Of a stretch of 64,000 nucleotides of DNA, positions 25,774 to 39,016 are shown one piece after another. The notes under the pieces were generated by a model. It did no database searches. It had not been told where the DNA came from and worked only from the letters and a program-made list of their open reading frames with translations. Source of the stretch: Chiloscyllium plagiosum (taxonomy: Eukaryota); assembly GCF_004010195.1 (NCBI RefSeq), contig NC_057718.1, positions 80,843,561-80,907,560 on the forward strand. Direction: 5' to 3'. The translations under genes were made by a program, and so were the position numbers. Each line of letters begins with the position of its first letter. The stretch's first letter is position 1.

Positions 25774-26683
25774 AGAAAGGCTTGGCAGAAAGGATTAGGG
25801 AGAATGCAAAGGCATTTTACACGTATGTGAGGAATAAGAGAATGATCAAAGAAAGAGTACGGCCGATCAGGGATAGCATAGGGAACTTATGTATAGAGTC
25901 TGAGGAGGTAGGGGAAGCCCTAAATGAGTTTTTTGCTTCTGTCTTTACTAAAGAAAAGGACCTTGTAGTGAATGAAACCATTGAGGAGCAGGTAAGCATG
26001 CTGGAACAGATAGAGATTGAGGAGGCTGATGTGCTGAAAACTTTGACAAACATTAAGATTGACAAGACCAGATTTGTCCTTGGCTGCTTTGGGAAGCGAG
26101 AAATGTGATTGCTTCGCCACTTGCGAAGATCTTTGCAGCCTCACTCTCCACCAGAGGACTGGAGGGAGGCAAATGTAATTCCTCTCTTCAAGAAAGGAAA
26201 TAGGGATATCCTCGGCAATTACAGACCAGTCAGTCTCACGTCTGTCATCTGCAAGGTGTTAGAAAGGATTCTGAGGGATAGGATTTATGACCATCTGGAA
26301 GAGCATGGTTTGATTAAAGGCAGTCAGCATGGCTTTTTGAGGGGCAGGTCACGCCTCACAAATCTTATTCAGTTCTTTGAGGATGTTACTAGACAAGTTG
26401 ATCAGCGTCGAGCGGTGGATGTGGTGTATATGGACTTCAGTAAGGCATTTGATAAGGTTCCCCATGGTAGGCTCGTTCAGAAGTCAGGAGGAATGGGAGA
26501 CAGGGAAATTTAGCTGTCTGGGTACAGAATTGGCTGGTCGACAGAAGACAGCGAGTGGTAGTGGAAGGAAAATATTCTGCCTGGAAGTCAGTGGTGAGTG
26601 GTGTTCCACAGGGCTCTGTTCTTGGGCCTCTCCTCTTTGTAATTTTTATTAATGACTTGGAGGAGGAGATTGAAGGTGGGTTA

Positions 26684-27236
26684 TTGAGTCATAGAGTCAT
26701 AGAGATGTACAGCATGGAAACCGACCCTTCGGTCCAACCCATCAATGCCGACCAGATATCCCAACCCAATCTAGTCCCACCTGCCAGCACCCAGCCCATA
26801 TCCCTCCAAACCCTTCCTATTCATATACCCATCCAAATGCCTCTTAAATATTGCAATTGTACCAGCCTCCACCATATCCTCTGGCAGCTCATTCCATACA
26901 TGTACCACCCTCTGTGTGAAAAAGTTGCCCCTTAGGTCTCTTTTATATCTTTCCCTTCTCACCCTAAACCTATGCCCTCTAGTTCTGGACTCCCCGACCC
27001 CAGGGGACTTTGCCTATTTATCCTATCCATGCCCCTCATAATTTTGTAAACCTCTATAAGGTCACCCCTCAGCCTCCAACGCTCCAGGGAAAACAGCCCC
27101 AGCCTGTTCAGCCTCTCCCTTTAGCTCGGATCCTCCAACCCTGGCAACATCCTTGTGAATCGTTTCTGAACCCTGTCAAGTTTCACAACATCTTTCCGAT
27201 AGGAAAGAGACCAGAATTGCACGCAATATTCCAACA
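26684..27236 (-). mobile_element. CR1 3' fragment (subfamily A) inserted in the RT domain of the subfamily B copy
   Basis: Splits [11 protein letters not shown]|..SKFADDTK; gtta on both sides (26680-83, 27237-40); reversed tail gagtcatagagtcatagagatg. Confidence 0.92.
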
Positions 27237-30200
27237 GTTAACAAGTTTGCAGATGACACAAAGGTTAGAGGTATCGTTGACAGTGTAGAGGACTGTTGTA
27301 GGCTGCAGCGTGACATTGACAGGATGCAGAGATGGGCTGAGAGGTGGCAGATGGAGTTCAACCTGGATAAATGCGAAGTGATGCATTTTGGAAGGTCGAA
27401 CTTGAAAGTTGAGTACAGGATTAAAGACAGGATTCTTGACAGTGTGGAGGAACATTGGGATCTTGGTGTGCCGGTACATAGATCAGATGGGCCACCCAGG
27501 TGGACAGGGTTGTTAAGAAAGCATATGGTGTTTTGGCTTTCATTAACAAGAGGATTGAGTTTAAGAGCCGTGAGATCTTGTTGCAGCTCTATAAAACTTT
27601 GGTTAGACCGCACTTGGAATACTGTGTCCAGTTCTGGTCATCCTATTATAGGAAAGATGTGGATGCTTTGGAGAGGGTTCAGAGGAGGTTTACCAGGATC
27701 TGCCTGGAATGGAGGGCTTATCTTACGAAGAGAGGTTGATTGAGCTCGAACTTTATTCATTGGAAAAAAGAAGGAAGAGAGGGGACCTAATTGAGGTGTA
27801 CAAGATAATGAGAGGCACAGATAGAGTTGATAGCCAGATAATTTTTCCCAGGGCAGAAATTGTTAACATGAAGGGTTATAGTTTTAAGCTGTTTGGCGGA
27901 AAGTATAGAGGGGATATCAGAGGCGGGTTCTTTAAGGAGAGAGTTGTGAGAGCATGCAATGCGTTGCCAGCAGCAGTTGTGGAAGCGAGGTCATTGGGGA
28001 TATTTAAGAGACTGCTGGACATGCATATGGTCACAGAAATTTGAGGGTTCGTCCATTAGGTTTACCTTACATGAGGATCAATGTTCGGCACAACATCGTG
28101 GGCTGAAGGGCCTGTTCTGTGCTATACCGTTCTATGTTCTATGTTCTATCCTTCCGATAGGAAGGAGATCAGAATTGTCTGCAATATTCCAAAAGTGGCC
28201 TAGCTAACATCCTGTGCAGCCACAACATGACCTCCCAACTCCTATACTCAATGCTCTGACCAATAAAGGAAAGCATACCAAACGCCTTCTTCATTATCGT
28301 ATCGGCCTGCAACTCTACTTTCATGGAGCTATGAACCTGCACTCCAAGGTCTCTTTGTTCAACAACAATCCCTTGGACCTTACCATTAATTGTATAAGTC
28401 CTGCTAAAATTTGCTTTCCCAAAATGCAGCACCTTGTATTTATCTAAATTGAACTCCATCTGCCACTCCTCAGCCCATTAGCCCATCTGATCAAGATCCT
28501 GTTGTAACCTTCTTCGCTGTCCACTACACCTCCAACTTTGGTGTCATCTGCAAACTTACTAACTGTACTTCCTATGTTCATATCTAAATCATTTTTATAA
28601 ATGATGAAAAGTTGTGGACCCAGCACTGATCCTTGTGGCACTCCACTGGTCACAGGCCTCCAGTCTGCAAAACAACCCTCCACCACCACCCTCTGTCTTC
28701 TAGCTTTGAGCCAGTTCTGTATCCAAATGGCTAGTTCTCCCTGTATTCCATGAGACCTAACCTTGCTAACCAGTCTCCCATGGGGAACCTTGTCGAACGC
28801 CTTACTGAAGTTCATATAGATCGCATCCATCACTCTGCCCTCATCAATCCTCTTTGTAACTTTTTCAAAAATCTCAATCAAGTTTGTGAGACATGATTTC
28901 CCATGCACAAAGCCATTTTGAGTATTCCTAATCAGTCTTTGCCTTGCCACATACGTGCAAATCCTGTCCCTCAGGATTCTCTCCAACAACTTGCCCACCA
29001 CTAATGTCAGGCTCACCAGTCTACAGTTCCTTGGCTTGTCCTTACCACCTTTCTTAAATAATAGTGCAACGGTAGCCAACCTCCAGTCTTCTGGCACCTC
29101 ACCTGCGACTATCGATGATACAAATATCTCAGCAAACGGCCCAGCAATCATTTCCCTATCTTCCCACAGAGGTCTAGGGTACACCTGATCAGGTCCTGGG
29201 GATTTATCCATCTTTAGCATTTCAAGACATCCAGCACTTCCTCCTCTATAATATAGACATTTTTCAAGATGCCACCATCTATTTCCCCACATTCTATATC
29301 TTTCATGTTCTTCTCCACAGTAAACACTGATGCAAAATACTCATTTAGTGTCTCCCCCATCTCCTGTGGCTCCACACAAAGGCTGCCTTGTGATCTTTGA
29401 GGGGCCCTATTCACTCCCTAGTTACCCTTTTGTCCATAATGTATTTGCAAGAATTCTTTGAATTCTCCTTCACCCTATTTGCCAAAGCTATCTCATGTCC
29501 CCTTTTTGCCCTCCTGATTTCCCTCTTAAGTGTATTCCTACTGCCTTTATACTCTTCCAAGGGTTCATTCGATCTATCCTGTCTATCCCTGACATATGCT
29601 TCCTTCTTTTTCTTAACCAAATCCTCAATTTCTCTAGTCATCCAGCATTCCCTACTCCTAACAGCCTTTCCTTTCACCCTAATAAGAATACACTGTCTCT
29701 GGACTCTCATTGTTTCATTTCTGAAGGCTTCCCACTTTCCAGCCATCACTTTACCTGCGAACATGTGCACCCAATCAGCTTTTGAAAGTTCTTGCCTAAT
29801 GCCATCAAAATTGGCTTCCTCCAATTTAGAATTTCAACTATCCTTTTCCAACACTATTTTAAAAGTAAGAGAATTATGGTTCCTGGCTCCAAAGTGCACC
29901 CCCACTGACACCTCAGTCACCTGCCCTACCTTATTTCCCAAGAATAGGTAAAGGTTTGCACCTTCTTTAGTAGGTACATCCACATACTGAATCAGAACTT
30001 TTTCTTGTACACTCTTAACAAATTCCTCTCCCTCTAAATCCTTAACACTATGGCAATCCCAGTCTATGTTTGGAAAGTTAAAATCCCCTACCATAATCAC
30101 CCTGCATTCTTACAGATAACTGTAATCTCCATACAAATTTGTTTCTCAATTTCCCTCTGCCTATTAGGGGGTCTATAATACAATCCCAATAAGGTGATCA

Positions 30201-31798
30201 TCCCTTTCTTATTTCTCAGTTCAACCCAAATAATGTCCCTGGATGTATTTCTGGGAATATCCTCCCTCAATACAGCTGTAATGCTATCCCTTATCAAAAA
30301 CACCTCTCCCGCTCCTCTCTTGCCTCCCTTTCTATCCTTCCTATGGCATTTGTATCCTGGAACATTAAGCTGCCAGTCCCACCCATCCCTGAGCCACGTT
30401 TCTGTAATTGCATGATATCCCAGTCCCATGTTCCTAACCATGCCCTGAGTTCATCTGCCTTCCATGTTAGGCCTCTTACATTGAAATAAATGCAGTTAAA
30501 TTTATCAGTCCTACCTTGTTCTCTGCTTTGTCCCTGCCTGCCCTGACTGTTTGACTCACTTCTTTTTTCAACTGGACCGGTCTCATATTGAAATCTTTCC
30601 TGACTATCACCCTGGAATCCCCCGCTCCACACCCCCTATCCTGTTACTAGTTTAAATCCCCCTGAGCAGCTCTAGCAAATCTCTAGCAATATTAGTCCCC
30701 TTCCAATTCAGGTGCAATCCAGCCTTCTTGTACAGGTCACGTCTACCCCAAAAAAGATTCCAATGATGCAAAAATATTAATCCATCTCCCATACACCAGC
30801 TCTTCAGCCATACATTCATCTGCTCTATCCTCCTATTCCTACCCTCACTCGGTCATAGCACCAGGAGTAATCCAGATATTCATAACTTTCTATATTCTCT
30901 CTTCAGAATCTCATCCTTTTCCCTTCCTATGTCATTGATACCAATGTGTATAATGACCTCTTGCTGGTCCCTCTCCCCTTTGAGAAAATCTGCACCCTCT
31001 CTAAGACATCCTTGATCCTGGCACCAGGGAGGCAACACACCGTTCTGATTTTTCACTGCTGGGTGTAGAAATGTCTGTCTGTGTCCCTCACTAGAGAGTA
31101 CCCTAACACAATCGATCGCTTGGAACCCGATGTGCCCCTCATTAGATTAGGTCCAGTCTTGATACCAAAAACTTGGCTCTTCATGCTACATTCCCCTGAA
31201 AGCCCATCATCCCATACTTTTTCCAAAATAGCATACATGTTTGAAATGGGGATAGCCACAAAAGACTCCTGTACTACCCTCTCCTACCTTCCTTGCAGTT
31301 AACCCATCTACCTGACTCTGTCTGTGGCTTTTCTCCCTTCCTGTAACTGCCATCCATCGCACCCCCGAGCTCTTGTAAATTTCTCATTCTCGCTCCAATC
31401 GATCCATTGGGTCTGACAGGATTCGCAACCAATTGCATCCTCAGTAACCGTTAAACTCTCCTGAAAATCCCACATCAGACAAGAAGAGCATATCACTCTA
31501 CTAAAGACCATTTTGCTCCTTCTAATCTCCAGACCCAGAAAATACTGCTCCAGGCTAAGTTAATACTTATGGCTTATATTTTCAAAATGTAATTAAGAGA
31601 CAGATCCCAATAAAAGTGTATAATCAAGAAAGAACCCACTCTTCTCACTATTGTAGATTTACAGCAAAGCTATACTTAAAACTATTTACTTATCTGTTTC
31701 TGTGCTTTGACCTCTCCCAAACAGGTTCCTCCAAGATCAGTTGTGAATTTCGCTGTTTGTTACGTTTTCCTAGACACACTCTGATGTCCAGTGATACA

Positions 31799-33215
31799 TG
31801 ATGAATTGTATCCCAGAATGCTGTGGGCAATGAGGGAGGAAATTATAAGGGCTCTGACACAAATATTTAAGCCCTGTCCAGCCTCATGGAAGTGCCAGAG
31901 GACAGGAGGACAGCTACTTTTCAAGAAAGGTAGTAGAGATAAACCAGAGAATTACGTCAGTGGTGCGAAAAATTCTGAAAGAGAGAATTAATCTCCATGT
32001 GGAGACAAAGGTATTATCAGGTATGGTCAACATGGTTTTTTTAGAGAGAGGCCATGCCTAAAATATTTGATTGAATTTTTCAAGGAGGTGGCCAGAAGCA
32101 TGGATGTAGTTGATCCAGTTTATATAGAATCCAATAAAGCCTCAGACAAGGTCCTACTTTGGAGACTGATAAAGAAGATAAAAGCACCTGGGGTCCAGGG
32201 TAACTTAGCAAGTTGGATCCAAATTGGTTTAATGTTATGAGATAGATGGTGGTGATAGTAGGTTGTTTGTGTGACTGGAGGCCAGTGTCCAGCAATCCGT
32301 GCTGGATACCTTCTTGCTCCTGAGATATATAATTGATGAAGAAGAAAATGTCTTGGGGATGATTAGTAAGTTTGGAACTAGCACAAGATTAGCCAAGTGG
32401 TTGGCAGTAGGGTCTTAGGTTACAGAAGAATGTCAGATGGGAAAATCAGTAGCACATGGAATTCAACCCAACTTTGATAAGAGTAAGGTAATGCACTTTG
32501 GAAGAAGTAACAAGACAATGGAGTACTCAATGAATGGCAGAACATTGGGAAACCCAAAAGTAAGGAGTGATTGGCAACAGATCCCTGAAGACAGCAGGAC
32601 AGATTAATAGGGTAGTTAAGAAGACATATGGAACATAGACTCTATTATATCAGGCATAGATGATATGAGCAGGGAGGTTTCATTGAATTATATGGTACTT
32701 TGGTTAAGCCACAGCTGGAGTACTGTGTGTCATTCTGGTTACGGCATGACATGAAAGATGTGATTGCACAGAAAGATGTGCAAACAGATTCACCAGTATA
32801 TAGCCTGGGATGGAACAGTTTAACTATGAAGAGAGGCTGGATAAGCCTAGGTTGTTTTCTGTGAAGCAGAAAAGGCTGAAAAGGGACCTGATTGAGGTAT
32901 ATAGGATTGATAAAAAGCAGCTATTCACGTTGGTTTAAGGGTCAATAACAAGGGGCATTCTTTCAAGGTGAAGGGCAGCAAGTTTAGAGATGATTTGTGG
33001 AAAATGTTTTTCACTCATACTGTGGTGGGAACCTGGAATACATTGTTTGGGAGAATAGATGAGGCAGGAAATCTCTCAATCTTTGAAAAGTACTTGGATG
33101 ATTTGAAATGTCATAATATTTGAGGCTATGGGCCAAATGCTGGCAAGTGTAACTAGTCTAAATTTAGAGTCATTTTTGTCGGGGCATATGACCTCTTCTG
33201 AACTGTATGATTCTG
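31799..33215 (+). mobile_element. Old CR1 LINE, right segment
   Basis: DELYPRMLWAMREEIIRALTQIF..LFKKGSRDKPENY, then degenerate RT and C-terminal motifs, e.g. ctttggttaagccacagctggagtactgtgt. Confidence 0.8.
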
Positions 33216-33337
33216 CTACACTATGCTCACCAATCTATGCTTCAGTATTTAAATTATCATTCTTCATCCCGACATTACAACAAGGCCTATGTTTCAAAGA
33301 AATAATTGGCTCCAAAACACACTGTGATATTCTGTGA

Positions 33338-33420
33338 TAAAAACAGAAAATGCCGGAAATACTGGTCATCAGTGAAAAGAAACATGATTAATGTTTAAGG
33401 TCAATGACATTTCCTCAGAT
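33338..33420 (-). mobile_element. Highly decayed Penelope-like tail (older family)
   Basis: Minus strand tctgaggaaatgtcattgaccttaaacatt resembles the CTGANGA-hairpin-GAAA motif, followed by a tatttccggcattttctgtttt tail. Confidence 0.3.
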
Positions 33421-33564
33421 ATCTCATGGTGCTGAAAAGCATCACATCAATGCATGTTCTTATTTAAGGGATAATGTTCTGAACATAGAGAGACTTCAGT
33501 GGTGGGGGAGCTTCTAAGACAAATATTTGGTATAAAGTTAAGAGTTATATGGAATAAGATGTGT

Positions 33565-35045
33565 CGACTAAAAATGATTTAGAAAGGAAAAGGGGAATTC
33601 ATGTTTAACTAACGTGTTAGAATTTTTCAAAGATTTAACAGAAAGAGTCAATGAGGGAGTTGATGTGGTGTACATGGATTATAAGAAGGCATTTGATATA
33701 GTACCACTCAACAAATTTGCAAGAAAAGTTATAGCTCAAGGAATAAACGTGACACTATCAACATAGATACAAAATTGGCTGAGTGATAGGAAACAGAGAG
33801 TGATGGTCAATGGGTATTCTTTGAGCTGGAGGAAACTTTATAGTGGAGTTCACTGGAGGTTGGTATCGGGACCCTTGCTTTTCTTAATTTGCAAATGATC
33901 TAGACCTTGGTGTGCAGGGGACATTTCCAAAATTTTCAGATGATATAAAATTTGGAAGCATTGTAAACTGTTAGTAGGATAGTGTAAGATTGCAAAAGGA
34001 CATCGAGAAGTTGGTGGAGTAGGAGATAGGTAGCAGAGAAGTATGAGGTAATGCATTTTCATTGAAAGAATGTGGAAAGGGCGGCACGGTGGCTCAGAAG
34101 TTAACACTGCTGCCTCACAGCGCCAGGGACCCGGGTTCAATTCCCACCTGGGGCAACTGGCTGTGTGGAGTATGCACATTCTCCCCGTGCCTGCGTGGGT
34201 TTTAAAAAAGAGCGGCACAGTGGCTCAGCAGTTAGTACTGCTGCCTCACAGTGCCAGGGACCTGGGTTCAATTCCCATCTCGGACAACTGGTTGTGTGGA
34301 GTTTGCACATTCTCCCCATGTCTGCGTGGGTTTTAACAAAAAGTCTATATAAAACAAGGGGTACAAATCTAAAGTGGTGGAAGGAACAGGGGGATCTGAG
34401 TGTATATGTGCACAGGTTGTTGAAGGCACCGATTGTTGAAGGTGGGAGGGTAGGACAGGTGAAAAGAATAATTAACAAAGGCAATTATCATTGCCTTTAT
34501 AAACCCGAATAGCATACAAGAACAAGGAAATGATGCTGAACATATCAGACGTCAGCTGGAGTGCTGTGTGCACTTTTGAGCACCACACTGTAGGAAAATG
34601 AATACAGAGAGTACACAAGAGATTTACAATAGCAGGGATAAGAAACATTAGTTACACGATAGACTGGAGAAGCAAAGATTTTTCTATTTGGAGAGAAGAA
34701 GACTAAGAAGAGATCTGTTTAAAATTTCAAAATCATGAGGAGAGGGCTTAACAGAGTACATAGGGAGAAACTTCCCACACATAGAAGGATTGAAATGAGA
34801 GTGCAGAGAAGTGGTTTACACGAGAAGCAAATTTGATGCGAGATAAAATCTTTTGTTTGGGCATGCATTGTCTGAAAGTGTTATGAAGGCAGGTTCAATT
34901 GAGGCATTCAAAAAGGCATGCAAAAACTATGTGAGAAGATGTGAGGCAGAAGGATAGCACTAACTCATGTTACTCATTGGAGAGGAAATACTGACATGAT
35001 GAAGTAAATGGTCTCCTTCTGTTCTGAAACATTTCTGTGATTCTA
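33565..35045 (+). mobile_element. Old CR1 LINE ORF2 3' part, interrupted by two SINE heads
   Basis: gatgtggtgtacatggattataagaaggcatttgata (DVVYMDYKKAFD), aaaattggctgagtgataggaaacagagagtg, degenerate C-terminus. Confidence 0.8.
34079..34343 (+). mobile_element. Two tandem 3'-truncated V-SINE heads (34079-34211, 34212-34343)
   Basis: Each has A/B boxes and the start of the V-domain; each stops at gcgtgggtttt followed by an A-rich run. Confidence 0.85.
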
Positions 35046-35394
35046 TATATGAGTTCCATGGCATTTGGGCACAGGGTTGTCAATTTGCAACCAGCCTGTT
35101 CCAATTCAAAACAAGTTCAGTGGCTCTTAAAATTCATGTGTCTGTCATATCTCCATAACTACAATGTGATTCCAACAGCTCAAACAATAAACTTGTTTGA
35201 ACAGCATTGCTGGCAGCCTCTATGCACTGCAATGGACCAAGTAGCATTTTGAAGAAACCACATCTTGCAAATATTTTTCCCTTTTTCTAGATCCCGTCCC
35301 TATAAAAGGGAAATTGTAACAATAGCCTGCAGGATACTCATGTCAGAACACTGAGGGACAAGGTGGTGAAAGTGTACACCAAGGGAAGAGCTAC

Positions 35395-35572
35395 CCTGAG
35401 GCTCTCATCAGACAGGTGGAAGATAGGAAGGAGCGCATATTTCCACCAGAGGGCAGGAAGCCTTCATAAATAAGACCAGAAGCAAGTGGCAGAAATGCCC
35501 AAAGTGCCACACTTAGGACATAGCTGCAGTGCTGAAAAGAAGTTGAATTACCTTAATTAGGTAGCCAAAGTG
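35395..35572 (+). mobile_element. Decayed Myb/SANT-like (trihelix) gene of a Harbinger transposon
   Basis: Translates with indels/stops as EALIRQVEDRKERIFPPEGRKP...VAE...RT*LQC*..KLNYL..VAKV, matching the recalled pattern of Harbinger DNA-binding proteins (LEALV..V..R..LF..G.RP...RTW.QCRKKFNDL). Confidence 0.5.
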
Positions 35573-36339
35573 CAAAGATGTATTTGCACATCATACTCTA
35601 ACATAGATGGCATATCTCACCTTCTACAATGCTCATTACAACTCCATCACATACCCAGTACATACCCTGCCACTCAGAACTCATTCCTAATATTCTTGCT
35701 GTACACTTCACCCACACACAGCTTCCAGTCATTCCAATTACCTTTACACACCTTTGTAAATCTGAAGCGATTCAGCTATGGCCGGTACACCACTCAAGGT
35801 CACTGGCACACAGTCATTAATGTTCTTTTCTGTCTCTTGCAATAGAAACAAAAAAGCATGGAAAACACACATAATTAACAAAGGATGCCTGCATCTTCTC
35901 AGCACCTTCAAAGAAATACTCCATTGAATCATCAGAACTAATACCTTTGAGCTAGTGCTTTTAATACTACTGAGGCCATCAAGAATGATGGTAAATCGCT
36001 GCCTTTTCGAACTTCTTTAATCACTCTTTCTCCCTCATGCTGAAAGGTGCCTGACTTAGAAATTGGAACTTCCCGCAGAAGGTAGCAGTGATGAAGAGAG
36101 CACTGAGCAGAGCAGCTCAAGCAGTTGTGCCAGGACCTCTAGCAGCAGGTCATGATGGTGAGGAAGGGCATCAAATAGGGCATCTACACCAGTAGAACAG
36201 ATCATCGTTGAAGGGAAAAATATCTTTGATGGAAGGAGGCCTGATGAGGTGGATCAGGTAAATAAGAATTTCCTCAACTAGAATTAAAAAGGGCTTACAA
36301 AAATGCAAAGAACAGTGCAGATCCCACAGAATGGGACAA

Positions 36340-38645
36340 AAAGAAAGACCAACAAAGGGCCATAAAGCAGCTTATAAGAGATTTTGGAAATAATTATGAA
36401 AGGAAACTTACAAGAGACATAAAAGACAATAAGAAGAGATTTCATAGTTATATACATAGTTATATACTGATTAAAAGTGCTATTGGCCCATTGAAGGTTG
36501 AGTGGGAATATTGTCAATAGCCATGGGAAACAGTTAACATGCTGAACAATTACTTTGCCTCAGTAGTCACAGCAGAAAAGGAGCATAGTTTTCCTGAAGC
36601 CCCAAAAGAATTAACTGAGGATCTGAGACCGGGTCTAAATAAAATTAGTGTAAGTAAATCATCAATAATGGGGAAATTAATGGAACTGAAGAGTAACAAA
36701 TCCTGAGAATCTGATGGTTTCCATCCAAGTGTGTTAAAGGAAGTAGGAAAGCATGTTGTTGATGCCCTAACCATAATCTTTCAGAATTCCCTGGATTCAG
36801 GAATTGTTCCTCTGGATTGCAAATTTGCTCATGTCACTCCACTCAAGAAGTTTGACAGAAGGAAATCAGGGAATTCCAGTCCAGTTAGCTTATCATCAGT
36901 AGTGGGGAAATTACTGGAGTCTCTAATCAAGGATAGGGTCAATGATCACCTCAAAAAAATTCAGTTAATCAGGGAGAGTCATCATGGATTCATGAAGGGT
37001 AAATCATACTTGACAAACCTCATAGAGTTTTTTGAAGAGGTGTCAAAGGTGATGGACAGAGATAAGTAGATATATGTTGTTTATATGGATTTCCAGAAGG
37101 CTTTTACAGAGTCATAATCATAGCGATGTACAGCATGGAAACAAACCCTTCAGTTCAACTCATCCATGCCAATCAGATATCCTCAATTAACCTAGTTCCA
37201 TTTGCCAGCATTTGGCACATATCCCTCTAAACCCTTCCTATTCATATACCCATCCAGATACCTTTTAAATGTTGTAACCTTACCAGCCTCCACCACTTCC
37301 TCTGCCAGTTCATTCCATTCATATACCATCTTCTGCATGAAAATGTTGCCCTTCTGGTTCCTTTTAAGTCTTTCCCCTTTCCTCATAAACCTATGTCCTC
37401 TAGTGTTGGACTCCCCTACCTTGGGGAAAACAGCTTGACTATTCACCCTAACTATGCCCCTAATGATTGTATAAGCTTCTCTAAGGCCACCCCTCAGCCT
37501 TGATACTCCAGGGCAAAGTCCCTTCACAAGAGACTGTTAGCTAAGGTGGAAGCCCACAGAGTTGAGGGCAAAATATTGGTTTGGATCGCAAATTGGTTGA
37601 ATGGCAGGAAACAGCAAGTTGGAACAATGAATAAGTATTCAAATTGGCATGATGTGTCTGGTGGTGTCTCACAGAGATTTGTGTTGGGGCATCAGTTATC
37701 CCTCGTATTTATGAACAATTTGGATAATGATATAATATTTCAAATATCCAGATTTGCTGATGACACAAAATTGAACAGTTTTGTAAACAGTGTTGATGAC
37801 AACATAAAATTACAACAGGATATTGATTAATTAGGTGAATTGGCAAAGCTGTGGAAGATGGATTTTAATGAATGCAAATGTGACTTGCTTTTGGACCAAA
37901 AAAGATAGATCAGGTTACTTTTTAGAAGTGTAAAGTTAAATACAAGTAGATGCCCAACTAGATTTGGGGGTTCAGGTGCATAGCTCTTTAAAATGCCACA
38001 AAAATATTCAAGAAGGCTAATGAAATGCTGGTCTTCATATCTGAAGGCCTGAGTATAGGGATGCAGATATTATGTTGCAGTTATACAAAACTCTAGTTAG
38101 ACCCCTATGAGCAGCTCTGGGCACCACATCTTCAGAAGGATGTTTTGGCCCCGGAGGGAGTTTATATCAGATTTGCAAGAATGATACCTGGACTCCAGTA
38201 GTTAATTTATGAGGAGATATTAGACAAACTAGGCCATTATTTTCTAGAATTTAGACAGTTAACGGTGATCTAATCAAGCCCTTTAGGATATTAACAAGGA
38301 AAGACAGGGTAAGCAAAAATAAACTGTTTCCACTGGTTGAAAATTCCAGAACCAGGGGTCATAGTCTAAGAATTAGGGACAGGCCATTCAGGACAACTGT
38401 TAGAAAACAATACTATATACAAAGAATACAGAAGATTTGGAGTTCTCTTCCTCAAACAGTGATCGATGAAAATTCAATTGTTAAATTTAAATCCAAGAAA
38501 AACAATTTTTTTTACGAAGCAGAAGTATCACAGGCTGTGGGTCCAATGCAAGCATATAAACTTAGACTATATTTCAGCCATCATATTATTGAATAGCAGA
38601 ACAGATTTGAGGGGCTGAATGGCCCACTCCTATTCCTATGTTCTG
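36340..38645 (+). mobile_element. Older CR1 LINE ORF2 3' part, interrupted at 37108-37515
   Basis: LKEVGKHVVDALTIIFQNSLDSG, HHGFMKGKSYLTNLIEFFE, SRFADDTKL; tail gaggggctgaatggcccactcctattcctatgttc. Confidence 0.88.
37108..37515 (-). mobile_element. CR1 3' fragment (subfamily A) nested in an older CR1
   Basis: Splits gatttccagaaggctttt|..aaagtccct (DFQKAF.KVP); ORF 37192-37527 is the CR1 C-terminus. Confidence 0.9.
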
Positions 38646-38863
38646 AAACCACTGTTTAATGCCATATAAATACTCTGTCTTCCTTATTTAACCTTAATTT
38701 CTTTTCATGTTTGAAATGAATTCTCAGCCTCTTTCAACCATCTTTGAGTTCATATCTCACATTGCATTTCTGGCATAATCGGCAGAACACCATTGCTCAG
38801 GCATCAAGTCATGGTGGATAAGATTGAAAGGCACCTGGCTGAGATAGAGTGGATGGTAGAGAG

Positions 38864-39016
38864 AAAGTGAGGGCTGCAGATACTGGAGATCAGAGCTGAA
38901 AATGTGTTGCTGGAAAAGCGCAGCAGGTCAGGCAACATCCAAGGAACAGGAGAATCGATGTAGAAGGGCTTATGCCCAAAACGTCGATTCTCCTGTTCCT
39001 TGGATGCTACCTGACC
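38864..39016. mobile_element. Short Penelope-like fold-back insert with perfect 14-bp TSD
   Basis: tggatggtagagag at 38850-38863 and 39017-39030; 38-bp inverted arms 38924-38961 and 38981-39018 (35/38) around gaagggcttatgcccaaaacgtc. Confidence 0.7.

Larger units (their letters stand above)
24168..28147 (+). mobile_element. CR1 (subfamily B) from mid-ORF1 to 3' tail, nested in the opposite-strand CR1
   Basis: ORF1 esterase PGARVQDV..HIGTND..DGLHLN; ORF2 [36 protein letters not shown]; tail ttctatgttctatgttcta; atcct repeated at 24163 and 28148. Confidence 0.92.
23680..31798 (-). mobile_element. Near full-length CR1 (subfamily A) interrupted by a nested CR1 at 24168-28147
   Basis: 3' end at 23680-24167, resuming at 28148 (tttcacaacatc|cttccgatagg). 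ORF2 pieces 28169-30441 (GDFNFP, DRICTY, FADD) and ORF1 pieces 30650-31511 (CSSCLMW, SIVLGYSLVRDTD); 5' UTR similar to 47380-47535. Confidence 0.9.

Noticed and set aside
24989..25830. Long ORFs of 269 and 129 aa
   Set aside because: Artefacts of reading through the N gap.
28444..29292. 282-aa reverse transcriptase ORF as a possible active or domesticated RT (or a prokaryotic retron/DGR-type system)
   Set aside because: A fragment of a frameshifted CR1 ORF2 that is itself interrupted by another LINE; the context is a vertebrate intron.
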